Source: Octopus sinensis (Eukaryota). From it: a DNA stretch of 64,000 bases. Below the pieces are notes generated by a model. The model saw only the letters and a list, made by a program, of their open reading frames with translations, was not told the origin of the DNA and made no database searches. The first letter of the stretch is position 1, and the number at the start of each line of letters is the position of its first letter. Shown one piece after another: positions 12,497 through 24,756 of this stretch. The DNA lies in the NCBI RefSeq assembly GCF_006345805.1, contig NC_042997.1:78554001-78618000 (forward strand), written 5' to 3'. The translations under genes were made by a program, and so were the position numbers.

Positions 12497-13515
12497 CTCG
12501 TCCCCAACACAGTAGCAAAATACACATTGAGTTTGGACGAACATAACTGCAACACTAGCTAAGAATTCACCCTTATCCTTTGACGATATAAGTTTACAAT
12601 TCCTGAATAACAATGCACTGTGAAAAATACCGGATCAATGACTTATTTCTTTTTATTCTTCGAAAACGCTTAATGTTTAAAATTCTATATAGCAACGCTC
12701 TCTCTTGATCTTAGTTACAAACCGATCCCCTTCTCTTTCTTTATTGTTTTATCTTTCTTTCTTTTTCTTTCATTATTTATTTATTTATTTATTGGTCTTC
12801 TCACTCCCTTGCTTACTAATGGCGTTAGTCTTTGGCTCCAATCATCCCTCACTCCTATCGAGATGAATGTTTTGTTTCTTTTGGGGGCAGTAAGAAGCGC
12901 TACTGTAGTCACTTCTCTCGGCGGTGATGAATCCACCCTACCCATACCCTCCACCACCTTTCCTTGTGTTCAATAACTACCTCACTTCCTTGTTTACAAC
13001 CAGTCCTAAGCAGTCCTCTCACTCTCCCTGTCGATCCGTCCTCCTTATTTCACGAGACATTTATCACCTGCATTACCAAAGGTATGTAATAGATAGAGAG
13101 ATGAAGGGCTGGGAAAATGAGAGAACTGTAAGTATGCACACGTATACACGTATATATCTGTTCATGTAGATGCAAATTTGATGTATATAAGGTATATAAA
13201 CAACCACAAATACACATTGAAATACGCTATAAAAGCCAGTCATTTACTATTTTTATTTCTGTCTGGAATCCAGACGTTTGTTTCCTTAAAATTCTTCTCT
13301 TCTGATTATAAACATCTCTTGGGATATGAATGAGAGTTTAGAATAGTTGTTAAAACTAAAATTCAACTAGAATTTCACAATGCTTCTGCAACTCCGTTCA
13401 AAAACTAAATGTTACAATGGAATATGATATTACGGTGTATTCAATGCTTCAAAGTATATGCTTTGGCTAACTTGTATGTTTTGTATGTACATATGCGTGT
13501 GAATGAGTGTGTGTT

Positions 13516-13589
<74 letters not shown>

Positions 13590-14161
13590 AATGTATATGC
13601 GCGTAGTTGCAATTCGTCATGCGAATACACACTCGTAACACTGCCTCAGCATTACTCGTTAAATCTATTATTCTTGCCAAATGTGTTTTCATAGCGACTG
13701 CACGTTCTTCGTTCTTGGTCTTTATCCTTTTGATAGGCATATGACAACCTTCAACAGCACAAAGACGCAATTCCGAAACATATCAAGGAAGCAGCTGTTT
13801 GTCAAAATCTTCTTATACAGCAACAACACACAATTAAAACCTCAGTGTTTATTAATATCGTTCGACCAACACTCAAACCGTGATAATTTGTATTCTATCC
13901 TCAGATATTCAGAATCACTTTTTTTTATAATGGTAAGATAAAATATGAAGCCGATCAGCGGCTTAGTAACTACTTCACTGACTTCTGCATATGAGTGCGG
14001 TACATTTTTCGTTGAAACAAAGATCTATGCTCACTGTCTTTGCCACTACATAAAAAGTATCTTCAAGCACCCATAAATACATGCATACAGATATACATAC
14101 ATAAATGCATCTATACATATATACATATTCATATACATACATACATACATACATACATACA

Positions 14162-14213
<52 letters not shown>

Positions 14214-14214
<1 letters not shown>

Positions 14215-14734
14215 CTTATTATAAAAGGCAGATTTTATCTGCCTCCCTTTGGGAGTTATACAAATCTACAATATAGGATTTCTTCAATTACAATTTACCT
14301 TGCATTTTTAAGAGTACAATGCATCGCGTCATGCCAGGTCCAGTTTTTAAAATTTAAACTCCAATTAAGCAAAATTTACAGAAAACTCACATTCTGGTGT
14401 GTGTGTCAAATGCTTTTCTTAGTCTGGTTTACAGCACACGCAAACGCACACACACAGTGGGCAACGAATAAAATGAAAGTAATTGACTTACTGTAGTGAG
14501 TGATTCTTTCACTCTGCCTCCCACTTCCTCTTTCAACACATAGACAACGCAAATATATAAATAAAATTGTAAGCTAACGTGCGTGTGTGTGTGTGTGTGG
14601 TGTGTGTGTGCGTGTGTGTGTGTGTGTGAGGGTGCGTGTGTGTGTGTGTGTGTTGTGTGTGCGTGTGCGTGAGTGTGTGACAGGAAAGTTTTTTTACGAC
14701 GAATATAACACCTATATCCAAGTAGCAGAAAGAT
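14214..14734 (+). mobile_element. Helitron 5' portion (family 2), truncated
   Basis: Starts TCTTATTATAAAAGGCAGA after an A. Collinear with 16398-16905. Confidence 0.75.
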
Positions 14735-15211
14735 AAGACAGTAAGGTGTGATTTGAGGGAGATTTGGCTGCTATTTCTACCATGTCTAGCTGCCATGTAG
14801 GGGTCTCCCTCATAGGCTCATACATACATATATACATAGATAAGACAGTAAGGTGTGATTTGGGGGAAATTTGGCTGCTATTTCTACCAGGTCTAGCTGC
14901 CATGTAGGGGTCTCCCTCATAGGCTCATACATACATATATACATAGATAAGACAGTAAGGTGTGATTTGGGGGAAATTTGGCTGCTATTTCTACCAGGTC
15001 TAGCTGCCATGTAGGGGTCTCCCTCATAGGCTCATACATACATATATACATAGATAAGACAGTAAGGTGTGATTTGGGGGAAATTTGGCTGCTATTTCTA
15101 CCAGGTCTAGCTACCATGTAGAGGTCCCCCTCATTGGCTCATATATATATACATACATAAGACAGTAAGGTGTGATTTGAGGGAGATTTGGCTGCTGTTT
15201 CTACCAGGTCT
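14732..15211 (+). repeat. 107-bp tandem repeat, ~4.5 copies
   Basis: GATAAGACAGTAAGGTGTGA recurs at 14732, 14839, 14946, 15053 and ~15156. Confidence 0.95.
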
Positions 15212-15289
15212 GTTAGGCCTTCTCATGTAAACTCAAGCTTTCTCATGCCTTGAACATAAGACCAAAGCAGAGAATGTATTCTTTTATTC

Positions 15290-15490
15290 TTCTGCTTTTT
15301 CCAGCCATTGGTCTGTGGCCATGCTGGGGCAATGCCTTGAAGAATTGTAGTTTAATGAATCAACTCCAGTTTTATTTTTGTAAGCATTGTACTTATTCTA
15401 TCTGTTTCCTTTGTCAAACCACTAGGTGACAGGGATGTAAACAAACCAACATTCGTTGTCAAGCAGTGATGGAGGACAATCACAAGCACA
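15290..15490 (-). mobile_element. SINE 3' fragment
   Basis: Homologous to 22620-22800 and 24365-24590 (GGCCATGCTGG...CTTATTCTA...GTTGTCAAGC). Confidence 0.65.
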
Positions 15491-15533
15491 GACACGCACA
15501 CACACACACACATACATGCATACACATATACAC

Positions 15534-15564
<31 letters not shown>

Positions 15565-15585
15565 TATGTGTGTATATATATATAT

Positions 15586-15910
15586 TGCAGCCTGGAAGGT
15601 GTTTGTAAGCCATTTAAGAAACACACAAAAACCGTTACATTCACTTCAACATTTAAATTTAATTTGCCAAAATATTTTCGTCGCTTTGAGACCGTGACCT
15701 GTTCACTGACAAAAATATCGTGCTAACAGGTCGCGGTCTCAAAGCGACGAAAATATTTTGACAAATTAAATTTAAATGTTGAAGTGAATCTAACGGTTTT
15801 TGTGTGTTTCTTAAATGGCTTATAAACACCTTCAACGCTGCAACTGTTTTCGTTCCAGCACACGATCTCAGATCAAGTCACTTGCTATGCAAGTACATCT
15901 CTGTAACTAT
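15586..15910. mobile_element. PLE pseudo-LTR family 2 forming a 118-bp inverted repeat (15586-15703 / 15725-15842)
   Basis: The arms are reverse complements with a few mismatches and a 21-nt spacer. A partial copy lies at 36097-36220. Confidence 0.8.
15663..15713 (-). ncRNA. Minimal type I hammerhead ribozyme motif with G3:C8 core swap
   Basis: Minus strand reads TTTGTCA GTGAACA G GTCAC GGTCTCAAA GCGAC GAA AATATT T TGGCAAA: 7-bp stem I, 5-bp stem II (perfect GTCGC/GCGAC in the other arm) and palindromic stem III. Confidence 0.7.
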
Positions 15911-16005
15911 ATATATATTTATATATATATATATATGTATATTGGTAAAAACAGTAAGATAACAAAAGAAAGAAAGAGACCTCAATATTATGTGAATAGA
16001 GGAAA

Positions 16006-16397
16006 TCTTATATATAAAAGTGAGGTTGTGTGTCTGTCTCCTACGATTTAGATTCCTAACTACTCCCACATTTTGCGGTGCAGCTTAACCAAAACCGGGT
16101 ATCTTATAGTCGTGATTCATATCGAGACCGTCTGGGTATTAGCGCGCGTCTACGATGAGTCTACGATTTAAAAAAAATTTACCATCAATTTTTCCCATTT
16201 TTAATCCATTTTTGACATATATAAGGGAAGTAACTCTCTAAAATTTATTATTAAATCTCAGAACGTAAAAAGCTACAGTAACACCCCTCCCCCTTTGTGG
16301 TAGCCATATTGAGATGGCTATTATACTTTACATCTCTAAAAATGCTTATATAATTATTTCCCTTACAAACCCGAGCAACGCCGGGCGATACTGCTAG
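16006..16397 (+). mobile_element. Non-autonomous Helitron (family 1), 392 bp
   Basis: 5' A|TC TTATATATAAAAG; 3' hairpin CCCG-AGCAACG-CCGGG followed by CTAG|T. Confidence 0.85.
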
Positions 16398-16859
16398 TCT
16401 TATTATAAAAGGCAGATTTTATCTGCCTCCCTTTGTCAGTTATAGAAATCTACATATAGGATTTCTTCAATTACAATTTACCTAACATTTTTAAGAGTAG
16501 AATGCATCGGGTCGTGCCAGGTCCACTTTTTAAAATTTCAAACAACCCCAATTAAGCAAAATTTAGAGAAAACTCACATGTGTGGGTATGAGTCAAATGC
16601 TTCTCTTAGTGTGGGATACAGCACACGCAAACGCACACACACAGTGTGCAACGAATAAAGCGAAAGTAATTCACTTTCTGTAGTGAGTGACTCTTTCACT
16701 CTGCCTCCCACTTCCTCTTTACACACATAGACACGCAAATATATAAATAAAATTGTAAGCTAACGTGCGTGTGTGTGTGTGTGTGTGTGCGTGTGTGTGT
16801 GTGTGAGGGTGCGTGTGTGTGTGTGTGTGTGTGCGTGTGCGTGAGTGTGTGACAGGAAA

Positions 16860-17530
16860 GGTTTTAGGACGAATATAAGACCTATATCCAAGTAGCAGAA
16901 AGATCGCCCAAAAGTGTATATAGATATTTAAATGTATTTATATATTCATCTATACACAGATGTATGTATAATGTGTGTTTATATATTTCCATAGAGGTAA
17001 CCTTTCACTCCATACAAAGTTTTTTAGGACGAATATAACATCTAAAGTATATACAAGTAGCAGAAAGATCGCCCAAAAGTGTATATAGATATTTAAATGT
17101 ATTTATATATTCATCTATACACAGATGTATGTATAATGTGTGTGTATATATTTCTATAGACGTAACCATTCACTCCGCACAAAGTTTTTAGACGAAAATA
17201 AGATCTAAAGTTATCTCTAGTAGCACAAAGATCGCCCAAAAGTGTATATAGATATATAAATGTATTTATAATCCATCTATGCACACATGTATGTATAACG
17301 TGTGTGTATATATTTCCATAGAGGTAACCATTCACTCCATACAAAGTTTTTTAGGACGAAAATAAGATCTAAAGTTATCTCTAAGAAACAGAAAGATCGC
17401 CCAAAAGTGTATATAGATATTTAAATGTATTTATATATTCATCTATACACACATGTATGTATAATGTGCGTGTATATATTTCCATAGAGGTAACCATTCA
17501 ATCCATACAAAGTTTTTTAGGACGAAAATA
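16860..17530 (+). repeat. ~165-bp tandem repeat, ~4 copies, inside the Helitron
   Basis: GATCGCCCAAAAGTG at 16902, 17067, 17230 and 17395. Confidence 0.9.
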
Positions 17531-17776
17531 TTTATATATAAAAGAAAGGTTGTGTGTCTGTCTACTCCGATTTAGATTCCTAACTACTCCCACATTTTGC
17601 GATGCAGTTTAACCAAAACCGGGTATCTTATAGTCGTGATTCATATCGAGCCCTTCTGGGTATTAGCGCGCGTCTACGATGAGTCTATGATTTTACAAAT
17701 AATTTAATATCATTTTTTTCCATTTTAATGCATATTTTTTTAATAAAGGGAAGTAACTCTCAAACTTCACACCAAT

Positions 17777-18298
17777 ATGCGTGCTCATATGCGACGTAAT
17801 ATCACATCAGCAGCATTTCCTCACACTCTCCTTGCACTTGGCGAAGGCAAAATACCAGGGGATGAAAATGGTAATATTGCCATCGATTCCATTTGTACCA
17901 TTGTTAAGACGCCTTCTGATCTCAGAGATGCAGTGTTCCCAGATCTACAAGCTAATTATCAGAATATGGATTGGATTGGCAAAAAGGCTATACTGGCCCC
18001 GAGGAATAAAACTGTTCACCATATTAATGATGAAATGCTAAAACTCATTCCTGGGGAAGTCTATGTATATCAGTCTATCGATACAACTCCTGACCCAGAG
18101 GACGTCATCAACTATCCAATAGAGGTACTCAATTCCTTTGAGCACCCCGGACTACCACCACACTTTCTCAAACTTAAAGTTGGTGCCCCTATAATGCTCA
18201 TCAGAAATTTGGTTCCCTCAAAACAATGCAATGGCACACGTTTGATCGTTAGTCCTTATTCTCCCACCGTAAACTTATATCAATATTTGCCTGAATAA
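17777..18298 (+). pseudogene. Helitron RepHel Pif1-family helicase fragment (open, 173 aa)
   Basis: FPHTLLALGEG, VFPDL, KKAILAPRN, EVLNSFEHPGLPPHFLKLKVGAPIMLIRNL, CNGTRLIV. Confidence 0.85.
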
Positions 18299-18373
18299 TC
18301 ATCATAATTCAGTGCAATCATTAACAGTACTTTCAAGCAATTCAGCCCCGAGCAACGCCGGGCAATTCTGCTA

Positions 18374-18480
<107 letters not shown>

Positions 18481-18489
18481 TATATATAT

Positions 18490-19663
18490 AATTAATCAAT
18501 ATAGTGGCAAAAAATTTTGTAGAATTTTTTTGCCACCAGCGGCCTAGTGGGAAAAAATTAAATAGTCATAGACCATTTTAAGTTCAACATCACAATCAAG
18601 GAACGGCCATAATAGGCCATTCACCCACTAGAAATAACAGCCAAAGCTCAATCAACCGCAAAATAACATTAATTCCGCAAACCAGGAGAAAATTAAAAAA
18701 CATTACCCAGTAATTTCTTATACGATGCACCGTTTCATCTATTGTTTAATGGTAAACTACCTGATTAAATTAAATCAAGCCAATCTTCCATAGGCCGATA
18801 GATTCGTCAGTAAGAAACAGCCAGATCGGAACAGATATTTTCACGAGGCACTTCTATCCCTGCCTCGGCAATATCTGACCTAAAATTTTCAATCATCGCA
18901 CTCGCGCCAAATTTATCGGCAGCAAATAAATATAAGCCGCCGATTCCATTACGGAATTAACCAGAAAATTCATAATTAATCAATATAGGGTGGCAAAAAA
19001 TTTTGTGGAATTTTTTTGCCACCAGCGGCCTAGTGGGAAAAAATTAAATAGTTGTAGACCATTTATAAGTTCAACATCACAATCAAGGAACGGCCATAAT
19101 AGGCCATTCACCCACTAGAAATAACAGCCAAAGCTTCAACCGCAAAATAACATTAATTCCGTTCCTTGATTGTGATGTTGAACTTATAAATGGTCTATGA
19201 CTATTTAATTTTTTCCCACTAGGCCGCTGGTGGCAAAAAAATTCTACAAAATTTTTTGCCACCCTATATTGATTAATTATGAATTTTCTGGTTAATTCCG
19301 TAATGGAATCGGCGGCTTATATTTATTTGCTGCCGATAAATTTGGCGCGAGTGCGATGATTTGAAAATTTTAGGTCAGATATTGCCGAGGCAGGGATAGA
19401 AGTGCCTCGTGAAAATATCTGTTCCGATCTGGCTGTTTCTTACTGACGAATATATCGGCCTATGGAAGATTGGCTTGATTTAATTTAATCAGGTTAGTTT
19501 ACCATTAAACAATAGATGAAACGGTGCATCGTATAAGAAATTACTGGGTAAATGTTTTTTTAATTTTCTCCTGGTTTGCGGAATTAATGTTATTTTGCGG
19601 TTGAAGCTTTGGCTGTTATTTCTAGTGGGTGAATGGCCTATTATGGCCGTTCCTTGATTGTGA
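18490..19663. repeat. 487-bp tandem unit (~1.4 copies) followed by an inverted copy; fold-back arms 18590-19093 / 19159-19663
   Basis: TCACAATCAAGG at 18590 and 19077. The reverse complement runs from 19159 to 19663, with a 65-nt spacer. (TA)n flanks both sides. Confidence 0.92.
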
Positions 19664-19666
19664 TTT

Positions 19667-19713
<47 letters not shown>

Positions 19714-19749
19714 TGTCCTCGAATAAATTGGATGTCCATTCACAATAAA

Positions 19750-20700
19750 TATATTAGATTAACACTCAGAGAAAGTTTTAAATGAAAAATAGGAATAAAA
19801 CTGAAGTTCCAAACGTGGCTCTTCGTCAGATAGAGAAAACAAAAGTCCATAGAAGTAGAAAGAGAGGAAGGATCCGATAATCCAGAGAAAAGCATGTGTG
19901 TCGTTTACATGGTCAAATATAACTGACTGGAAGTTGGAGAGAAATAACAGCCTCAGTAGCTCCAAGATTTGTGGTAGGATACACAATCCATTATACTATT
20001 TGCAGAGCAACAGTAACTGTCATGCTCTTTTTTATTCCAAATTCCTCCGCCTCTACAGGTGTATAAATATAAACTGACCAGAAGAGATAATACATGTTAC
20101 TTAGTAACAAAGGTAACCTCCTCTACAACCTTCCCCTTTTGATACTAAGAACAGGTTCCACGATTTCATTTGTTTCACACCTTCTTTTCACTTAAACGTC
20201 AAGTTAGATACAACCAGAAATTTCTTAAACTTAATAGGTAACCATTTCCTTATTGCCCAGTAACTACAGGAAACTATTCGACAGAAAATATCTAAAAGCT
20301 CTACTTCAACCATGAGAGATATTATAACACATAAGCCAACTAAATTAACTAGGTACACTTTCAAAAGCACCTATGTGTATACGTTTGACTAATCCTATAA
20401 TGCAGAGGCGATAATATATGAAGCTCTATTAAACCATACCATAAAGTGTAAACACTACTTTGGTATGGTGGAAGGTTTGCCTGATGTTTCTTGAAATGCA
20501 TGATCTTTCAGATACAGAGAGAAAAGTTGTAAAATAATTTTAAGTGCTTAATATTGACTTTGATATGAAGTGGAAAATCCTTGAGAAGAACAGACTCTAT
20601 ATGAATGGCTCTAAAACTTATGTACAGCTGAGAAAAGCTAATCTTCAATAATATATTCTTTTTAAATTTTGTACAATCTAAGAGCTACTACCGAACCTAG
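19750..20700 (+). mobile_element. Penelope-like remnant (thumb/linker to GIY-YIG) with an inverted pLTR-like segment at 19750-19980
   Basis: KNRFHDFICFTPSFHLNVKL...NFLNLIGNHF, LFDRKYLK, KHYFGMVEG and NIDFDMKWKILEKNRLYMNGSK match PLE motifs. Degenerate CTGACGA-A-GAGC core on the minus strand at ~19800-19835. Confidence 0.6.
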
Positions 20701-20908
20701 AAAGAGTTTCTTATAGAGTCCTACTTCTCGTAACACCTCAGTCAAGGTGCATGTCATGAAATTATTCGTACCTCCATCAAATTCATCTGAGATAGTGAGC
20801 CTTGGTGGAAAGTCACTGGTCTCATATTGTCCGATGATTGATTGTTTTTTTTTATCTGTCAGGAAACTATTGGCAATGATGTTTGTTTGTATATTCACTA
20901 TGCCATTC

Positions 20909-20959
<51 letters not shown>

Positions 20960-22193
20960 TCATGTAGGGGAAATGAGTGTAAGAGAATATTACAGATTAC
21001 GGGATAGATAGGGTACTTAATAAAGTAATCGTGCTCTCTAAGCTGTTCTCTCAAGACTCTAAACTGTGTAGTTTAATATATTTCGTTTCTAGTAGCGACT
21101 TAGAAGCAACTCGCTACAGCAAAATATCGATTGCCCAACATTTACGAATGTTTCATGAACTTGTAGCTCTTCATTTCTTTAATTCGTTTTAACCATAACG
21201 GCGGAGGTCATGCTGAGGCAGCGTCATACGGTGCTGGGATAAAGAGCATATTTTGGACGATGATTCATTGCACCAAATTGACTATTTGGTATATTTAAGT
21301 GGAAATTATATTCTTAGCGTTTAAATGATGCAGTTAACATTGCAGGCTTTTTTTTTATTTATCTATCCTTTCCAATACGTATTCCTATAAATATAATTAA
21401 AATGCAAGCTTAATTGATATACATATTATTATATTTTCGTTTTCCTATAAAATTCTAATATAAATATATATTTCACATATAAACGTGAGGTATCAAAAAC
21501 GCATCGAACTAGACATGTGAAGAAGAAATGAATGTTTATTCTCGAAATTTCACACAGATGTTAAAACAAGTTTCGGCACTTAGAGATTCCCTATTTTGCT
21601 TCCACCTCTTCTCTTTATTTCTTTATTTCGTTATTATCCTTGTTATCCTTGTTGCTGTTTTATCTAGGTTACATTAAGTATTTACGAATTTGGTAATGAT
21701 TTTGAAAAGCCCGAGGTTTAACACTCACGTTGTTTCAGTGTCAGGTCAAGAGTATCGTAAATGCTCGGTCAAGTCAAGATAAAGGAAGATTCATGTACTT
21801 TCAATTACAGCATTTTAGAAGTCGTTCAAGATGAAATTCAACAGCAAAAACCAAAAATGAATTAAGGAGGAGGAAACGACACTGACATTGATGAATAGTT
21901 ATACTGTAATGGCTGTTGTGGGCGTTAGAGAAAACCAAGAAAATATTCTGCTTGCTAGTCACATGGTTCGAAGCCACGTTGCCCTTCAGGTTAGCTGCGC
22001 TGTTCATGAAGCAGTGATGAGAGAGTGAGAGAAATGAATAAACAGAGACAGAAAGAGAGAGTAGGTAGGTGAGTACGTAGTAGCCATCCAACTGGAAGGG
22101 ACGAGATTTATTGAGACCAGCTTGGAATTTCTATTTAGTAATCTGTTTAATCTTCAGTTTCCATGTTTATTCTCTTTCTTTTGTTCGTTATAT

Positions 22194-22269
<76 letters not shown>

Positions 22270-22545
22270 GCACTTTTATGTTTTATCTGTCTTTTTCTGT
22301 TGAATTATCGCTTGCACGAGAAATAGGGAGATGCGGAAAAAGGAAAGAAGGATCATTTAATGAGCTACACTATTTAAAACAACCGTCCATTACGTCATCG
22401 CTGCAACCGTTTCGTTTTCACATTCGTCAACTTTTCAACATCACGTGGCTATTGTTTTTTACGTTTACATATTGTATATTCTTCAACGTGTCTAATTGAA
22501 ACTCTTGATTCGAAAAGAGGTAGTTATTTTAGTAGTAGTAGTAGT

Positions 22546-22595
<50 letters not shown>

Positions 22596-22792
22596 TCATT
22601 CTCAATAGGTAAATACACGTACTCTTTTACTCTTTTACTCTTTTACTTGTTTCAGTCATTTGACAGCGGCAAATCGACCCCGGGACTTATTCTTTGTAAG
22701 CCCAGTACTTATTCTATCGGAACCGCTAAGTGACGGGGACGTAAACACACCAGCATCGGTTGTCAAGCAAAGCTAGGGGGACAAACACACAA

Positions 22793-22825
<33 letters not shown>

Positions 22826-24082
22826 CGAGGGGCGTTCAATAAGTAATGCCCCTGACCCACTTCCCATAGCAGTAGAGCAACGAAACTTGGCACAGGTATT
22901 AGTCTTTTTCTACATAGGAACAACCCAGAGGTACGCATTTCTCCCATCGTTTGATGCAGTTCTGGAGACTGTTTTCGTAGAAGACCCCAGCTTGGTCCTC
23001 CAACCACGACGTGACTTCAGAAATCAAGGCTGCATCATCTGGGAAACGCTTTCCTTTCAAAAACAACTTCATGGCTGGGAAGAGGTGAAAATCAGAGGGT
23101 GCAAGGTCGGGAGAGTAGGGGGATGGGGGAAGAGTTCATAGCCGCACGCCTGTGCTTCTGATCTGGCGACACGCGAGTTGTGGACCGGAGCGTTGTCCTG
23201 CAGGAGGAGGATGCCTTTGCTGATCTTGACCCGCCTCTTTTTTCGATAGCTTCTCTTAATTTCCTCAAAAGTGAAACATGATAGGCTCCTGTAATTGTGG
23301 TACCCTTTGCCAGGAAATCTGTCATCACTACTCCGTCCTGGTCCCAGAAGACTGTGAGCATGACCTTGCCAGCGGAGGGCTGCACCCTTGCCTTCTTTGG
23401 AGGAGGTGAGTCATGGTGCTTCCACTGCATTGACTGGCTTTGGTCTCTGGATCATAGTGATGGACCCAGGTCTCATCCTGTGTAATCAGTCTTTTCAAAA
23501 ATTTTGACTCATCTTCTTGGCACATTCCTAAATTCTTGCTTCTGGAATTCTTGCGTTCTTGCTTCTGGAAATTGTGAGCAACCTGGAAATCCATCTGGCA
23601 GACACCTTTTGCATATGCAAATGGTCATGAATGATAGTTTCCACAGACCCGGTACTAATCTTGACCTCATGGGCTATTTGGCGAATAGTTATGCGTCGAT
23701 CTTCCAAAATGGCAGCCTCAACTTGACGGACAGATGCCTCATCAATGGCAGAAGGGGTGCGACCAGATCTGGGAGCTGTTTCCACAGAGTTCCGATCATG
23801 TTTGAATTCACGATGCCAACGTTTTACAAGGTCATATAATGGGGCATCATCACCATAAGTTACTTTCATTTCATTAAAAGTCTCCTGTGGTGTGCGTCAT
23901 TTCAAATACAAAAAGCGGATCACTGCTCGACACTCAACATGCTCCATTTCCCACTTGACTCATTTCAAACACCTGTAATTTGCCACTTAATCTATAGAGA
24001 TATCAATAATTGCACATGCAAAATTTCAGCTAGAACAGACAAAGGCAAGTGGGTCAGAGGCATTACTTATTGAACGCCCCTC

Positions 24083-24083
<1 letters not shown>
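22826..24083 (-). mobile_element. Mariner DNA transposon (1258 bp), second family
   Basis: TIR CGAGGGGCGTTCAATAAGTAATGCC(C/T)CTGACCCACTT at both ends, with TA flanks. Confidence 0.95.
22899..23947 (-). pseudogene. Mariner transposase pseudogene
   Basis: MEHVECRAVIRFL; KVSARWISRLL; ITQDETWVHHYDPETK; SAGKVMLTVFWD; LLQDNAP; ends YVEKD*. Frameshifted. Confidence 0.9.
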
Positions 24084-24118
<35 letters not shown>

Positions 24119-24364
24119 GACAGGCTTCTTTCAGTTTCATCTACCAAATCCACTCACAAGGCATTGGTGGGCTCGGGGCTATAGCAGAAGACACTTGCCC
24201 AAGATGCCACGCAGTGGGACTGAACCCGGAACCATGTGGTTGGTTAGCAAGCTACTTACCACACAGCCACTCCTGCGTTATTGAAATTGGAAGTTTTCGA
24301 ATGCGTTTTGGATCCAGACTCAAACATTTTTCCTCCCTAAGCACGTCTAGTTTCTGAAATAAAA

Positions 24365-24590
24365 CAGTTGCATTTCTATCTTTTATTTTTTACTTATATT
24401 AGTCATTAGACTGCGACCATGCTGGGGCATCGCCTTGAAGAATTTTAGTCGAATGAATCGACTCCAGTACTTTTAATTTTTAAAGCTGATACTTATTCTA
24501 CCGGTTTTTGTCCGAACCGCTGGGTTACGCTGACTTAAAGACACCAGCACCTGTTGTCAAGTGGTGGTGGAGAACAAACACAGACACAAA
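24365..24590 (-). mobile_element. SINE 3' fragment
   Basis: Homologous to 15290-15490 and 22620-22800. Confidence 0.65.
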
Positions 24591-24620
24591 CACACACACA
24601 CATACACACATACACACACG

Positions 24621-24672
<52 letters not shown>

Positions 24673-24756
24673 TACATACTCACATACACAGGGCCAAAAG
24701 TTACGCAACAAAATATTTGACATTATTTATATTGCATGGTTATTATTATTATTTTT

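Larger units (their letters stand above)
22620..24276 (-). mobile_element. tRNA-derived SINE split by a mariner inserted in its internal (TA)n
   Basis: Head 24115-24276 has A-box TGGCTGTGTGG and B-box GGTTCAGTCCC on the minus strand. Tail 22620-22810 ends in (AAAAGAGT)n. That the two halves belong to one element is from recall of the family. Confidence 0.7.

Noticed and set aside
12500-12613. Peptide QTQCVFCYCVGDE resembling a chemoreceptor transmembrane motif
   Set aside because: Too short, it runs directly into a poly-Ile microsatellite, and it has no splice support.
14732-17530. Regular repeats resembling a CRISPR array
   Set aside because: The units are contiguous tandem repeats without unique spacers, the context is eukaryotic, and there are no cas genes.
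19430-19480. CTGACGA in the 487-bp unit, suggesting a retrozyme-like tandem
   Set aside because: No GAAA follows the possible stem II and there is no stem I pairing.
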